Below, piece by piece: positions 1 through 15,923 of a stretch of DNA of 45,375 nucleotides. A program made the translations under genes and the position numbers. Below the pieces are notes generated by a model, which searched no databases, was not told the DNA's origin, and saw only the letters and a list, made by a program, of their open reading frames with translations. How positions within the stretch are numbered: position 1 is the first letter of the stretch; each line of letters opens with the position of its first letter. The stretch comes from Mycobacterium sp. Its GTDB lineage: Bacteria > Actinomycetota > Actinomycetes > Mycobacteriales > Mycobacteriaceae. The stretch is from contig JAVHWG010000491.1 in assembly GCA_032159965.1 (NCBI GenBank), positions 1-45,375 of the forward strand. The letters run 5' to 3'.

Positions 1-305
1 AGGTGCTTGACGATCAGCGGACGGCTGATGGCCGAGACCAGCGGATACCGGTCCATGTACAGGGCATTGGACTGCAGGGTGGGCAGGCAGTACTCGTCGG
101 CGAACTCGTCGCGGGCATCGACCACCACCGCCTCGACGGCACCGCAGTCGAGGGCGCGCTGGCGCACGACCTCCATGTCCTCGCCGCCCTGCCCGAGATC
201 GATGGCGACCGCGACGACTTCGCTGCCGGTCTCCTTGCCGATCCAGCTGATCGCCACCGACGTGTCCAGGCCGCCGGAATACGCCAAGATGACGCGTTCG
301 GACAT
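1..305 (-). CDS. argG: Argininosuccinate synthase, 5' part (runs off the window edge)
   Basis: Not in the ORF track. Reverse-strand translation from ATG at 305 gives [16 protein letters not shown], the ArgG N-terminal motif. AAGGAG RBS upstream; follows argR. Confidence 0.96.
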   Translation of the reverse strand, partial: MSERVILAYSGGLDTSVAISWIGKETGSEVVAVAIDLGQGGEDMEVVRQRALDCGAVEAVVVDARDEFADEYCLPTLQSNALYMDRYPLVSAISRPLIVKH

Positions 306-319
306 CTGCTATTTCTCCT

Positions 320-2926
<2,607 letters not shown>

Positions 2927-2930
<4 letters not shown>

Positions 2931-3804
2931 GACTTCACCACCTTGGTTCCGGTCCCGGTGTCGGTGAACAACTCGACCAGCACGCAATGTTCGACGCGGC
3001 CGTCGATGACGTGCGCGCTGGGTACCCCCGAGCCCACCGCCCGCAGGCATGCCTCGACCTTCGGCACCATCCCCAGGTCCAGTCCGGGCAGTAGTTCGGC
3101 CAGTGTCGCCGTGTCGATTTCGCTGACGATCGACTCGCGGTCCGGCCAGCGTGTGTAGATGCCCTCCACGTCGGTCAGCATCAGCAACTTCTCTGCGGAC
3201 AGCGCTTCGGCCAGAGCCGCCGCGGCCGTGTCGGCGTTGATGTTGTGCACCACACCGTCGATGTCGGGAGCAATCGTAGACACCACGGGAATCCGGCCTG
3301 CCGCAATGAGATCCAACACAGCAGCGCTGTTGACAGTCGCGACGTCACCGACAAGGCCGATGTCGGTGGCGATTCCGTCGACAGGCACGGTGCGGCGCAC
3401 CGCGGTGAACAAGTGGGCGTCCTCACCCGTGATGCCGACTGCGTAGGGGCCGTGCGCGTTGATCTGATTCACCAGTTCCCTGCCGACTTGGCCGAACAAC
3501 ACCATCCGGGCGACGTCCAGTACTTCGGGCGTGGTCACCCGGAAGCCGGCTTTGAAGTCTCCGGCGATGCCCAGCCGTTTGAGCATCGCGCTGATCTGCG
3601 GCCCCCCGCCGTGGACCACCACTGGGTGAATTCCGCAGTTGCGCAGGAACACCATGTCGGCCGCGAACGCCTCACGCAGGTAGTCCTCAGTCATTGCGTT
3701 GCCGCCGTACTTGACCACGACGATCTTGTCGTGCAGCGCTTTCAGCCACGGCAATGCCTCGGACAGCACCCTGGCCTTCACGTCGGCGGGCACCGCGGGT
3801 GCGC

Positions 3805-3808
<4 letters not shown>
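2927..3808 (-). CDS. argB: Acetylglutamate kinase
   Basis: [18 protein letters not shown] and NINADTAA motifs. ATG 3808 overlaps the argJ stop. Confidence 0.96.
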
Positions 3809-6096
<2,288 letters not shown>

Positions 6097-6108
6097 ATCG
6101 GCCGCGGC

Positions 6109-8597
6109 TCAGGTCCGCTGGACCGCGCCTACAACCTCGCCTGCCCGTCGCACAGCGGCATCCCTGGCGGTGCTGGCTTCGTCCTCTGTCAGAGTGCGAT
6201 CGAGCGCTCTGAACCGAAGAGCAAGGGCGAGAGACTTGTTGCCCTCACCAGCCTGGGGACCCGTGTAGACGTCGAAGAGCTGGATGTCTTCCAAGAGGTC
6301 ACCGGCGCCATCGCGTAACGCGTCGATGACCGCCTGTGCAGCGACACTGTCGGCCACGATGAGGCTGACGTCTTGAAACACGGCGGGAAACGGGGACACT
6401 TTCGGCGCGGGCAGCGTCGAGGAGATCGGGATGGCGTCGAGGTCGAGTTCAACGGCGCAGACGCCCTTGGGTAGGCCGGAGCGCTCGATGACGGCGGGGT
6501 GCAACTGCCCCGCGTACCCCACCACGACGTCGCCGGCGAGTACCTCAGCGCACCGTCCCGGATGCCACGGCAGTTCGGCCGCGGCGCGCAACGTCAGCTC
6601 CACTCCGCACGCTCGCGCCACCGTGCGTACCACTTCGAAAGCGTCCGCGGCGTCCACGGGACGCCCCGGCCCCCACGGCCCCCGCGGTTCCCGCAGCCCC
6701 GCCATCACCACCGCAACATGCTGCGGCTGACGCGGCAAGGAGTCGTCGAGCGTTTCGATCTCCCGCTCGGTGGGCCTGCGGTCGACAGGTAGCGGCTCAA
6801 CCGGGCGGGTCCGTGAAGTGGGCAGCACTACCTGCTCGATCGCGAACAATGACGTGTCGACCGCACCTCGAGAGACGTTGCGGACCAGTGCTTCCAACAA
6901 CCCCGGCAACAGCGTGGTGGCCAGGTCGGGGCGATCGGCCTCCAACGGGTTCAGCACCCGCATCGCGGCTCGCCGGGCATCATCCGCGGGCAAGCCCCAC
7001 TGATCGAACACATCGGGCGGCAGGAACGGTGACGGCTTCACTTCCACGTAGCCGGACAACGCCAACGACTTCCCGATCGCCCGGCGTCGCTGCTGAACGG
7101 CGCTGAGGCCGCGACCCGCCGGTGCCTGCGGCAACACCGATGGGATGACGTCGAGCCCCTCCAGCCGCAGCACCTCCTCCACGAGGTCAGCAGGGAGCAC
7201 CAGGTCCGGCCGCCAGCTCGGCGGTGTGACAGTCAGCGCTGTGCCGTGGTCGGTGACGGCTGCGCCCACTTGCTCCAGTCGCCGCCGCGCCACGCCCTGC
7301 GGGTAATCCACACCTGCGATCCGACCCGGCAGGTCAGTGTCGAACTCGATCGGCGGCATGGACCAGTCGTCGCGTGCCGGATCACCGCGCCAGTCCGTCA
7401 ACTGGGGTTCGACTGTCCCGCCGGCGATTTCAGCGAGCAACATCGATGCCCTGTCGAGAGCGGCCACCGAGATGGCCGGATCCACCGATCGCTCGTAGCG
7501 CCGGCCGGCCTCACTGGCCAGGCGCAGTCGCCGTTGTGTGCGGGACACCGCGGCCGGGTCCCACACCGCTGCCTCCAACAGCACATCACGCGAGTCGTCG
7601 CGCATCTCGGTGGTGCCCGCCCCCATCACGCCGCCGATCGCGGCGGTCGCGGCGTCGTCGACGATCAGCACGTCGCTGTCGGTGAGCTGTCTCTTGACGT
7701 CGTCCAGCGTCACGACCGTTTCGCCGGGCTCGGCGAAACGCACCCGGAACCCGCCGGTGACGCGATCCCGATCGTGGGCGTGCATCGGATGTCCGAGTTC
7801 GAGCATGACGTAGTTCGTCACGTCGACAGCCGGGGAGATTGCGCGGATGCCGGACAACAGTAGCCGGCGCTGCATCCACCACGGAGACACCGCAGCGGGA
7901 TCGATACCGGTGACGGCGCGCAACGCGAAGCGGCGCACGCCGGTGCCCGCATCGATGAGCAGCGGCAACGCCTCGCCTTGTGCGGGCAGCGCCGTCACTG
8001 CGGCCGGGTCGACGAAGTCGAGGTCGAGCGCGCACGCGACCTCGCGGGCCAACCCGCGCACCGACAGGCAGTACCCGCGGTCGGGAGTGATTGCAAGATG
8101 AAACACGAAGTCGCCCAACCCCAGTACGTCAACGGCGTCATCCCCGACCGAAGCCGTGCCGGCGGGCAGGACCAGGATGCCCGCGTGCTGGTCGGCTCCG
8201 AAGCCGAGTTCTGCAGCAGAGCAGATCATTCCGTCCGACGTCCGGCCGTACGTCGACCGCGTGGCAATGGTGAAGTCTCCGGGTAGCGTCGTTCCGGGTA
8301 ATGCCACCACCACCAGATCGCCCACGACGAAGTTCGTTGCCCCGCAGACGATGTCACGGGGCGCGGGCTCACCGACATCGACCCTGACCGCCCGGATCGG
8401 CTTTTTGAACTCCGTCAGCTCCTCGATCTCGGTCACGCGTCCGACCTTCAGCGGCCCGGTGACATCTCCGACCGAGATCACGTCCTCGACCTCGTGGCCG
8501 ATCCGGATCAGCGCCTGCTCGAGTTCGTCGGGCGGCACGTCCCAGCCCGGTGCACCCACCCTGACCACGTCACGCAGCCAGCTGTACGGAACCCGCA

Positions 8598-8598
<1 letters not shown>
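6109..8598 (-). CDS. pheT: Phenylalanyl-tRNA synthetase beta subunit
   Basis: MRVPYSWL start overlapping the pheS stop; [30 protein letters not shown] and C-terminal FDX-ACB features. Confidence 0.97.
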
Positions 8599-9647
<1,049 letters not shown>

Positions 9648-9679
9648 CTAGGTGACGAATCGGCGCGCGAGTTCAGGCG

Positions 9680-10483
9680 CTATACCGATACGGCAACGGG
9701 GACGGGCACGGCGGGATGCCTGCGTCCAGCGCGCCAGCGCCTCGCGCCCCAGTGCACGGCCAACGCGCCGACGGTCCCAACGATCGGCCCCATCACCACG
9801 GACGGCCCGGCGTTGACCAGAACCATGTAGCCAAAGGCGACACCGACCACGAACAATCCGACCCGCACGCCCGTCCACTGCACGAGGCCCTTGAACCGCA
9901 GTGACAGCACCATTCCCAGACCCAACGCGACGACATGGCCGGCGTCGGTGAACTCGGCGGCGACGCAGGCCACCAACAGCCCGACTGACAGCCACCACCC
10001 GATCCACGCGGCACGCCAGCGCACCGGGACGGCCGCGGTCAGCGCGCCCAGGATGGCGGCCGCACCGTAGCTGATTCCGACGTCGCTGGCGCGCGCAACC
10101 GATATCGGCAACCAGCCGAAGTCGACGGCCGCCACCATCGCGACCGCGACAACCAGCGTGGCGCCGATGTGTCCGACCGTGAAGGTCCAGACGACCCGTC
10201 CACCGCGCCAGAACAGCTCAGCCAGGGCGAGAAGGCACATGAGTCCCGGAAGCCAGACCCAGATCGGGCCGTTCGTAGTGACGAAGGCACTGCCGATCAG
10301 CGTTCCGATATGTCCCTGCCCGAGATTGTGGAGGTTGGTGCTCATATGGCGGATGACGTTGTCTTGAACCTGCGGACCCAGCAAGACCAGAGTGCTGGCG
10401 ATGGTCACCAAAGTCGCTGCATATGCCAGCGTGACCCGCAGGCGTAGAACCGCAGACCACGTACGCGCGAACATGAATTCCAC
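9680..10483 (-). CDS. Rhomboid-like multi-pass membrane protein (Rv1648-like)
   Basis: Several hydrophobic helices; STNLHNL, GHIGATL, DVGISYG and FTDAGH motifs; syntenic position. Start could be ATG 10474. Confidence 0.75.
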   Translation of the reverse strand: MEFMFARTWSAVLRLRVTLAYAATLVTIASTLVLLGPQVQDNVIRHMSTNLHNLGQGHIGTLIGSAFVTTNGPIWVWLPGLMCLLALAELFWRGGRVVWTFTVGHIGATLVVAVAMVAAVDFGWLPISVARASDVGISYGAAAILGALTAAVPVRWRAAWIGWWLSVGLLVACVAAEFTDAGHVVALGLGMVLSLRFKGLVQWTGVRVGLFVVGVAFGYMVLVNAGPSVVMGPIVGTVGALAVHWGARRWRAGRRHPAVPVPVAVSV

Positions 10484-11391
10484 TATTCCGACGGGGAACT
10501 GTTGTCGGTCGTACCGGTGGCCGGCAAGTCTCTGCGAGTTTCCAGCCGGTAGATAGTGATATCCCGGGGTACCCCGCTCATGCGGTTCGTAAACACCGGA
10601 CGCCGCAGCCGTTTGGGGGCGACCCCGAGCGCTTCGAGTTGCTCAGGAGACAGACGTTCCAGAGCGGCATCGGTGACGAGGACACCGCCTTTGCCCGCAT
10701 TTTCCATCACCCGCGCGGCGATGTTGACGTCGATCCCAAGCCAGTCGGACCCGATGCGCTGAGGACGACCAGTATGGATACCTACCCGCATCGTGGGCGT
10801 ATATCCTTCCACCGCAACATCTCTGAGCGCCTCACGGGCCACAGCCACAGCGGCGACAGCGGCGACAGGATCGGGAAAGACGGCCATGATCCCGTCGCCC
10901 ATGCGCTTCACCACTTGGCCGCCGACTTCCAGGAACGGAGGTTCCACCACTTGGGCGACCTTCCTCAGCAACTTGAGAGTCGCGTCGTCTCCCGCCCTGA
11001 GCGCCCACGACGAAAAATCCACCAGGTCGGTGAACACCAGCGTCATTTCGTCCTGTGTCGGCTGACGTCCCACCCGCTCGCGCAGCGCCTCCCACACCTG
11101 CAGGGCGCCCAGGCCGATCTCGCGGGAGGCGGCGTCACCGTCGCCCAGCAGCCGGCCGGCGGCGCGCGCGGCCGCAGCAGGACCACCGAAGCCGCTCGCG
11201 GACAACCGGTCGCCGAAGTGCGGATCGCCTGGCAGGGCTTTACGCGCACGGCGAATCGCGGCGATTACCCCGGGGTGGTGGTTGGTGTCCTTGAGCCAGC
11301 GACGCTTCGATGCGTCGGCGGGTTCTCCATCGCGCGCCTCTTTGACGTCCCCAAGGCCGCCGGTTCGTTCGCCGGACGGCTGGACCTTCAC
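10483..11391 (-). CDS. Class III adenylate cyclase (Rv1647-like)
   Basis: FTDLVDFS, VKRMGDG and DWLGIDVNIAARV supply the full catalytic set. Start placed at GTG 11391, 7 nt after TACCCT (start uncertain). Confidence 0.88.
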   Translation of the reverse strand: MKVQPSGERTGGLGDVKEARDGEPADASKRRWLKDTNHHPGVIAAIRRARKALPGDPHFGDRLSASGFGGPAAAARAAGRLLGDGDAASREIGLGALQVWEALRERVGRQPTQDEMTLVFTDLVDFSSWALRAGDDATLKLLRKVAQVVEPPFLEVGGQVVKRMGDGIMAVFPDPVAAVAAVAVAREALRDVAVEGYTPTMRVGIHTGRPQRIGSDWLGIDVNIAARVMENAGKGGVLVTDAALERLSPEQLEALGVAPKRLRRPVFTNRMSGVPRDITIYRLETRRDLPATGTTDNSSPSE

Positions 11392-11537
11392 CAACGCCAG
11401 GGTAGATGGCGTTTCTGACACCGGGCAATGTCGCGTGTGCCTCACCAATTGAGGCGGCTCGGTAAATTGGCTGGTCACTGCGCTGCAGCGGCGCGGTCGC
11501 CGACGGGTAACAGCTGCGGCGACACGCCCTGGAGTTG

Positions 11538-11566
11538 TAGACAACGCCCGTTGTCAAGTTTATTGT
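11538..11566 (+). promoter_or_regulatory. Promoter TAGACA-N17-TATTGT with an overlapping inverted repeat GACAACG-CC-CGTTGTC (11540-11555)
   Basis: Perfect 7-bp inverted repeat overlapping a -35/-10 pair upstream of the oxygenase gene. Confidence 0.55.
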
Positions 11567-11592
11567 CGGGGCACTGGCAGCCAGGAGGAATA

Positions 11593-12639
11593 GTGAGCCG
11601 GGCATCGACAACCACCACTTCAGCGGCACGGTCGCGGCCGCTCACCGACCCCCTCGGACCGGACTCGCTGACCTGGAAATATTTCGGCGACTTGCGAACC
11701 GGGATGATGGGCGTCTGGATCGGCGCGCTGCAGAACATGCATCCCGAGCTCGGCGCGGGGGTCGAGGAACACTCGATTCTGCTGCGGGAACCGTTGCAGC
11801 GGGTGGCCCGATCCGTCTACCCGATCATGGGCGTGGTGTACGACGGGGAACGCGCGTCGCAGACCGGTCAGCAGATCCGCGGCTTCCACCAGACCATCAA
11901 AGGCGTTGACGGGTCCGGGCGCCGCTATCACGCATTGAATCCCGACACCTTCTATTGGGCGCATGCGACGTTCTTCATGCTGGTGCTCAAGACCGCGGAA
12001 TACTTCTGCGGCGGCCTCACCGGCGACGAGAAACGGCAACTCTTCGACGAACACGTGCAGTGGTATCGGATGTACGGCATGAGCATGCGGCCGGTGCCGT
12101 CGACCTGGGAGGATTTCCAGGAGTACTGGGACCGGATGTGCCGCGACGAACTCGAGATCAATCGCGCGACGCTGGACATCTTTGCGATCCGGATTCCCAA
12201 ACCGCGGTTCGTGTTGTTGCCCACGCCGGTGTGGGACCAGATGTTCAAACCGCTGGTTGCCGGACAGCGCTGGATCGCCGCGGGGTTGTTCGACCCGGTC
12301 GTGCGGGAGAAGACAGGGATGCGATGGACAGCCGGTGACGAAGTGCTGCTGAGGTTGTTCGGCAAGGCCGTCGAGGTCGCGTTCTGGGCGGTGCCCGACG
12401 AGATCCGGCTGCATCCGCGTGCGTTGACCGCCTACAAGCGAGCGGCGGGCAAGCGCGCCCCGAACGCACCGCTCGTCGAGGCACCGGCGTTCACTGCACC
12501 GCCGCGTGACCGGCGCGGACTACCAATGCATTACGTCCCCCGGCGCAAGACCCTTGCTGAGCGCGCCGGTGCCCTGGTGCACACGACGTTCTCACTCGCC
12601 GGTTTGCGGCCGGCCCGTGGACCTGGTCGGGCTGCGTGA
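11593..12639 (+). CDS. Oxygenase MpaB / DUF2236 family protein (Rv1645c-like)
   Basis: LGPDSLTW, LQNMHPELGAGVEEHS and RYHALNPDTFYWAHAT motifs. AGGAGG RBS before GTG 11593. Confidence 0.85.
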   Translation: MSRASTTTTSAARSRPLTDPLGPDSLTWKYFGDLRTGMMGVWIGALQNMHPELGAGVEEHSILLREPLQRVARSVYPIMGVVYDGERASQTGQQIRGFHQTIKGVDGSGRRYHALNPDTFYWAHATFFMLVLKTAEYFCGGLTGDEKRQLFDEHVQWYRMYGMSMRPVPSTWEDFQEYWDRMCRDELEINRATLDIFAIRIPKPRFVLLPTPVWDQMFKPLVAGQRWIAAGLFDPVVREKTGMRWTAGDEVLLRLFGKAVEVAFWAVPDEIRLHPRALTAYKRAAGKRAPNAPLVEAPAFTAPPRDRRGLPMHYVPRRKTLAERAGALVHTTFSLAGLRPARGPGRAA

Positions 12640-12661
12640 CGCCTCTTTGCCGTTCCGAACG

Positions 12662-13201
12662 TCAGAACGTCCAACTGCCCTCGGGCGTCAGGACGAACCC
12701 GTGGCGTTCGCCGTCCCAGCCCGGGAGCTCGCACGCAGTCATGCGCCCGTCGACTCCGCAGGTACGGGAAGAGGGTTCGTCGTCGCTCACCTTGCTGTGC
12801 GTCGGAAGGAAGCGGTACGCATCCGGGCTCACCACGCCGTCGTGCCAACCCGTGCCATCGATGTACCGGTAACGCTCCATCACGGCCAAGTCCACATCAT
12901 CGAGCGCCGCCTCACCCCTGCTGTCGACCACCGACACGTGGTTGTGCGTCGTTCCGGGAAGCGAACCCCAGCAGTCGATTCCGGCGACAGAGGCTTTGAA
13001 GGTGTAGGTCATACGACACCGATACCCGGCGGGTGTGCCGAACTGGACGCCGGTGGTCGAGTATGCGGAATAGGTCGCGTAGTCCTTCCGATTCACCTGT
13101 GCGAACCCGCCTAGGTCCGGAAACCGTGGAGGATCAGCGTGCGCCGTCGGCACGACGACCGCCGCAACCGCGACCAACACCGCGCACCCAACCGTTCGCA
13201 C
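12662..13201 (-). CDS. Hypothetical secreted protein
   Basis: Signal peptide ending AHA-DP; paired cysteines; C-terminal HGFVLTPEGSWTF typical of a mycobacterial exported family. Confidence 0.7.
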   Translation of the reverse strand: MRTVGCAVLVAVAAVVVPTAHADPPRFPDLGGFAQVNRKDYATYSAYSTTGVQFGTPAGYRCRMTYTFKASVAGIDCWGSLPGTTHNHVSVVDSRGEAALDDVDLAVMERYRYIDGTGWHDGVVSPDAYRFLPTHSKVSDDEPSSRTCGVDGRMTACELPGWDGERHGFVLTPEGSWTF

Positions 13202-13234
13202 AGCGACAAGAGTACGCAGAGATCGGTGACGAAC

Positions 13235-14032
13235 CTATGTCGGACTTCGTTGCGCCTGCGCGCTCTGATACAGGCAGATGGCCGCCGCTGCAGCCACATT
13301 GAGGCTCTCCGCGCCGCCAGGCATGGGGATGCGCACCCGGGCGTCGGCGGAGGCGGCAATCGCGGCCGCCAATCCGTGGGCCTCGGATCCGAACATCCAC
13401 GTGGTGGGCTGAGACAGATCGGCGGAGTCGAGGGGGACCTCGCCGTCGGGGGTCGCGGCCAGAACCTTCAGGCCCGCCTGCGTGAGCACCCGAATGGCCT
13501 CCCCCGCATCCGATTCGACCACCACCGGGACCGCGAAGGCGCTTCCGGCGGAGGCCCGCAGACACTTGGCGTTGTACGGATCGACGCTGTGGCCGGCCAG
13601 GACAACCGCGTCTGCCCCCATTGCGTGCGACAACCGGATGAGCGTGCCTGCGTTACCGGGTTCCGACAGGTCGACGGCGATGACGACCAGTCGCGGGACC
13701 GCGTCGACCACCTCGGACAACGACACGGCGAAAGCTCCGCACACTGCGACGAGACCGACCGGAGACACCGTGTCCGACAACGTCTTGGCCGCGCGATCAG
13801 TCATCCGGTGAACCGGGGTGTCGACCCCGGTGAGCAACGCAGAGAACCGCGCAGCGGCGGAGTCGGTGACAAACACCTCCCGCACCGCACCGCGGTGCAG
13901 CGCAGCCTCGAGAAGGTTCGGCCCCTCGGCGAGGAACTGCCCGGCCCGCTTTCGAACGACGGACCGGTGCAGCTTCGCCGCCGCGGTTACCCGCGACGAA
14001 CGTTCGGTCAGGACTCCCGGGCCGGTGAGCAG
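13235..14032 (-). CDS. TrmH/SpoU family RNA methyltransferase (Rv1644/tsnR-like)
   Basis: EPGNAGTLIR, FGSEAHGL and IPM..AESLNVAAAAA SPOUT motifs. The frame extends beyond the ORF-track start through the conserved LTERSSRV..KLHR..FLAEGPNL segment. Only CTG codons (14011, 14032) are available as starts. Confidence 0.85.
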   Translation of the reverse strand: MLTGPGVLTERSSRVTAAAKLHRSVVRKRAGQFLAEGPNLLEAALHRGAVREVFVTDSAAARFSALLTGVDTPVHRMTDRAAKTLSDTVSPVGLVAVCGAFAVSLSEVVDAVPRLVVIAVDLSEPGNAGTLIRLSHAMGADAVVLAGHSVDPYNAKCLRASAGSAFAVPVVVESDAGEAIRVLTQAGLKVLAATPDGEVPLDSADLSQPTTWMFGSEAHGLAAAIAASADARVRIPMPGGAESLNVAAAAAICLYQSAQAQRSPT

Positions 14033-14034
14033 GC

Positions 14035-14430
14035 TTAGGCGGCCTCTCCCGGATTGGACGGCGCATTGACGTCCTCCGGCAGCGCGGCCCGTGCGACAGC
14101 GACGAGCGCGGTGAAGGCGCCGGGGTCGCTGACGGCGATCTCAGCCAGGTTCTTGCGGTCCACATCCACACCGGCAGCCTTGAGTCCCTGGATCAGCCGG
14201 TTGTAGGTGATGTCGTTGACGCGAGCAGCAGCGTTGATCCGCGAAATCCACAGCTTGCGGAACTCGCCTTTGCGGGCTCGCCGGTCGCGGTAGGCATAGT
14301 TCAGCGAATGCAGTTGCTGCTCTTTGGCTTTGCGGTACAGGCGCGAGCGCTGACCGCGATAGCCCTTTGAGGCCTTGAGTATGGTGCGCCGCTTCTTATG
14401 GGCGTTGACCGCCCGCTTCACGCGTGCCAT
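14035..14430 (-). CDS. rplT: 50S ribosomal protein L20
   Basis: [15 protein letters not shown]...[12 protein letters not shown]. Confidence 0.98.
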   Translation of the reverse strand: MARVKRAVNAHKKRRTILKASKGYRGQRSRLYRKAKEQQLHSLNYAYRDRRARKGEFRKLWISRINAAARVNDITYNRLIQGLKAAGVDVDRKNLAEIAVSDPGAFTALVAVARAALPEDVNAPSNPGEAA

Positions 14431-14473
14431 GGCTTGTTATTCCTTATCTCGTTCGTGCAGAAGTCGGTCGGCG

Positions 14474-14668
14474 TCAGCCGTTGAGCAGCTTCCGGATTCG
14501 CTTGGCGTCCTTGCCGGATACAGTCACCCGGCCCTCGAGGCGCCGTGTGCGCTTGGTGGGCTTGTGCTCCAACAGGTGGCGGCGGTTTGCCTGCTGACGC
14601 ACGATCTTCCCGGTTCCGGTGAGACGGAACCGCTTCGATGCGCCACTGTGGGACTTGGCCTTCGGCAT
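14474..14668 (-). CDS. rpmI: 50S ribosomal protein L35
   Basis: [14 protein letters not shown]; 64 aa from ATG 14668. Confidence 0.97.
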   Translation of the reverse strand: MPKAKSHSGASKRFRLTGTGKIVRQQANRRHLLEHKPTKRTRRLEGRVTVSGKDAKRIRKLLNG

Positions 14669-14687
14669 GTTTGTCCTCAGTCCTTTT

Positions 14688-15272
14688 TCATTCGGTGTCG
14701 GTGGTCTCTGCGTTGCCAGTGTCACCACTGGCCTGTTGCGCCGCCCGGGCACGAGTCTTCGCGCCGCGGTGGGGCGCCAGCACCATCGTCATATTGCGGC
14801 CGTCCTGCTTGGCGGACGTCTCGACGAAGCCGTAATCGGCGACATCGGAGCCCAACCGCTGCAGCAATCGGTAGCCCAACTCGGGACGCGACTGCTCACG
14901 GCCGCGGAACATGATCGTGACCTTGACCTTCGACCCGGCTTCCAAGAAACGCACAACGTGGCCTTTCTTTGTCTGGTAGTCGTGGTCGTCGATCTTCGGC
15001 CGCAGCTTCTGCTCCTTGACGACGGTCTGCTGCTGGTTCTTGCGAGACTCGCGCTCCTTCAGAGCTGTCTCGTACTTGAACTTGCCGTAATCCATGATCT
15101 TGCAGACCGGCGGTCTGGCGTTCGGAGCGACTTCGACAAGGTCGAGATCAGCGTCAGCGGCGACGCGAAGAGCGTCTTCGATGCGCACGATCCCTACCTG
15201 CTCACCGCCGGGTCCGATCAGTCGGACCTCGGGAACTCGAATACGCTCGTTGACGCGGGTCTCAGTGGTGAT
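14688..15272 (-). CDS. infC: Translation initiation factor IF-3 with non-canonical ATC start
   Basis: [26 protein letters not shown]. The frame extends to ATC 15272 ([20 protein letters not shown]), preceded by GGAGG. Confidence 0.95.
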   Translation of the reverse strand: MTTETRVNERIRVPEVRLIGPGGEQVGIVRIEDALRVAADADLDLVEVAPNARPPVCKIMDYGKFKYETALKERESRKNQQQTVVKEQKLRPKIDDHDYQTKKGHVVRFLEAGSKVKVTIMFRGREQSRPELGYRLLQRLGSDVADYGFVETSAKQDGRNMTMVLAPHRGAKTRARAAQQASGDTGNAETTDTE

Positions 15273-15348
15273 GGGGCCTCCCTGGTTCGTTGACAGTGCT
15301 GCGCAGTTCGGGAGATGCGTCTACGGACAGCAACGAGGGCCCGTCAGC

Positions 15349-15376
15349 AAAAAGGCCCCGCGTAAACGCAGGGCCC
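15349..15376 (-). terminator. Intrinsic terminator-like hairpin in the infC leader
   Basis: The minus strand reads GGCCCTGCGT-TT-ACGCGGGGCC followed by TTTTT. Confidence 0.7.
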
Positions 15377-15510
15377 GATACCGACCGATCACGGCAAAAG
15401 CCGCCCGCGCCCAGTGAACACGGGCACGGAACCAGCCCCCAGAGGGGCCGATGACCGGACCGCTGAGCCGGTGTGGCCAACGGTGGGAGCGGGACTCCAC
15501 TTGCTGTCCC
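15349..15510 (-). ncRNA. Putative L20-leader-like cis-regulatory RNA of infC-rpmI-rplT
   Basis: GCAAGUGGAGUCCCGCUCCCACC...GGUC resembles the L20 leader core and is followed by a terminator hairpin, upstream of the L20 operon. Confidence 0.5.
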
Positions 15511-15551
15511 TGACACACTCAGGAACGGTCGCGCATGCCAGTCTAGCAGGC

Positions 15552-15887
15552 ATGACCGACCGCCCTCCCGCGCGTGAACTCGCAGAGATCCCGGCCGTCG
15601 AGGTGATCACCCGCGCTGCGGTGATGATCATGAGCGCCGCCGCCGAGAAACTCGGATTGTCGTCACCGGACCCCGAGAACAGCCCTTACCGCGACTTGGA
15701 CGAGGCCCGCCGGCTGATCACCGGGTTGGCCGGCTTGGTCACGGCCTCGGCGGAATACCTCGGCCCGCACGCCGGCCCGCTGCGCGACGGCTTGACCGGC
15801 CTTCAGCGCGCCTTTCGCGAGTACAGTGCGGTACCCGACGACCACGGTGCCGGACCCGGTGAAAAGTACACTGGCCCACCGATCTAA
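15552..15887 (+). CDS. DUF1844 domain protein
   Basis: RELAEIPAVEVI..AAEKLGL..DLDEARRLI, the actinobacterial family found divergent from infC. ATG 15552. Confidence 0.8.
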   Translation: MTDRPPARELAEIPAVEVITRAAVMIMSAAAEKLGLSSPDPENSPYRDLDEARRLITGLAGLVTASAEYLGPHAGPLRDGLTGLQRAFREYSAVPDDHGAGPGEKYTGPPI

Positions 15888-15923
15888 TCCGGCGCCCAAG
15901 ATGAACGCATATCCTCGCGGCTA

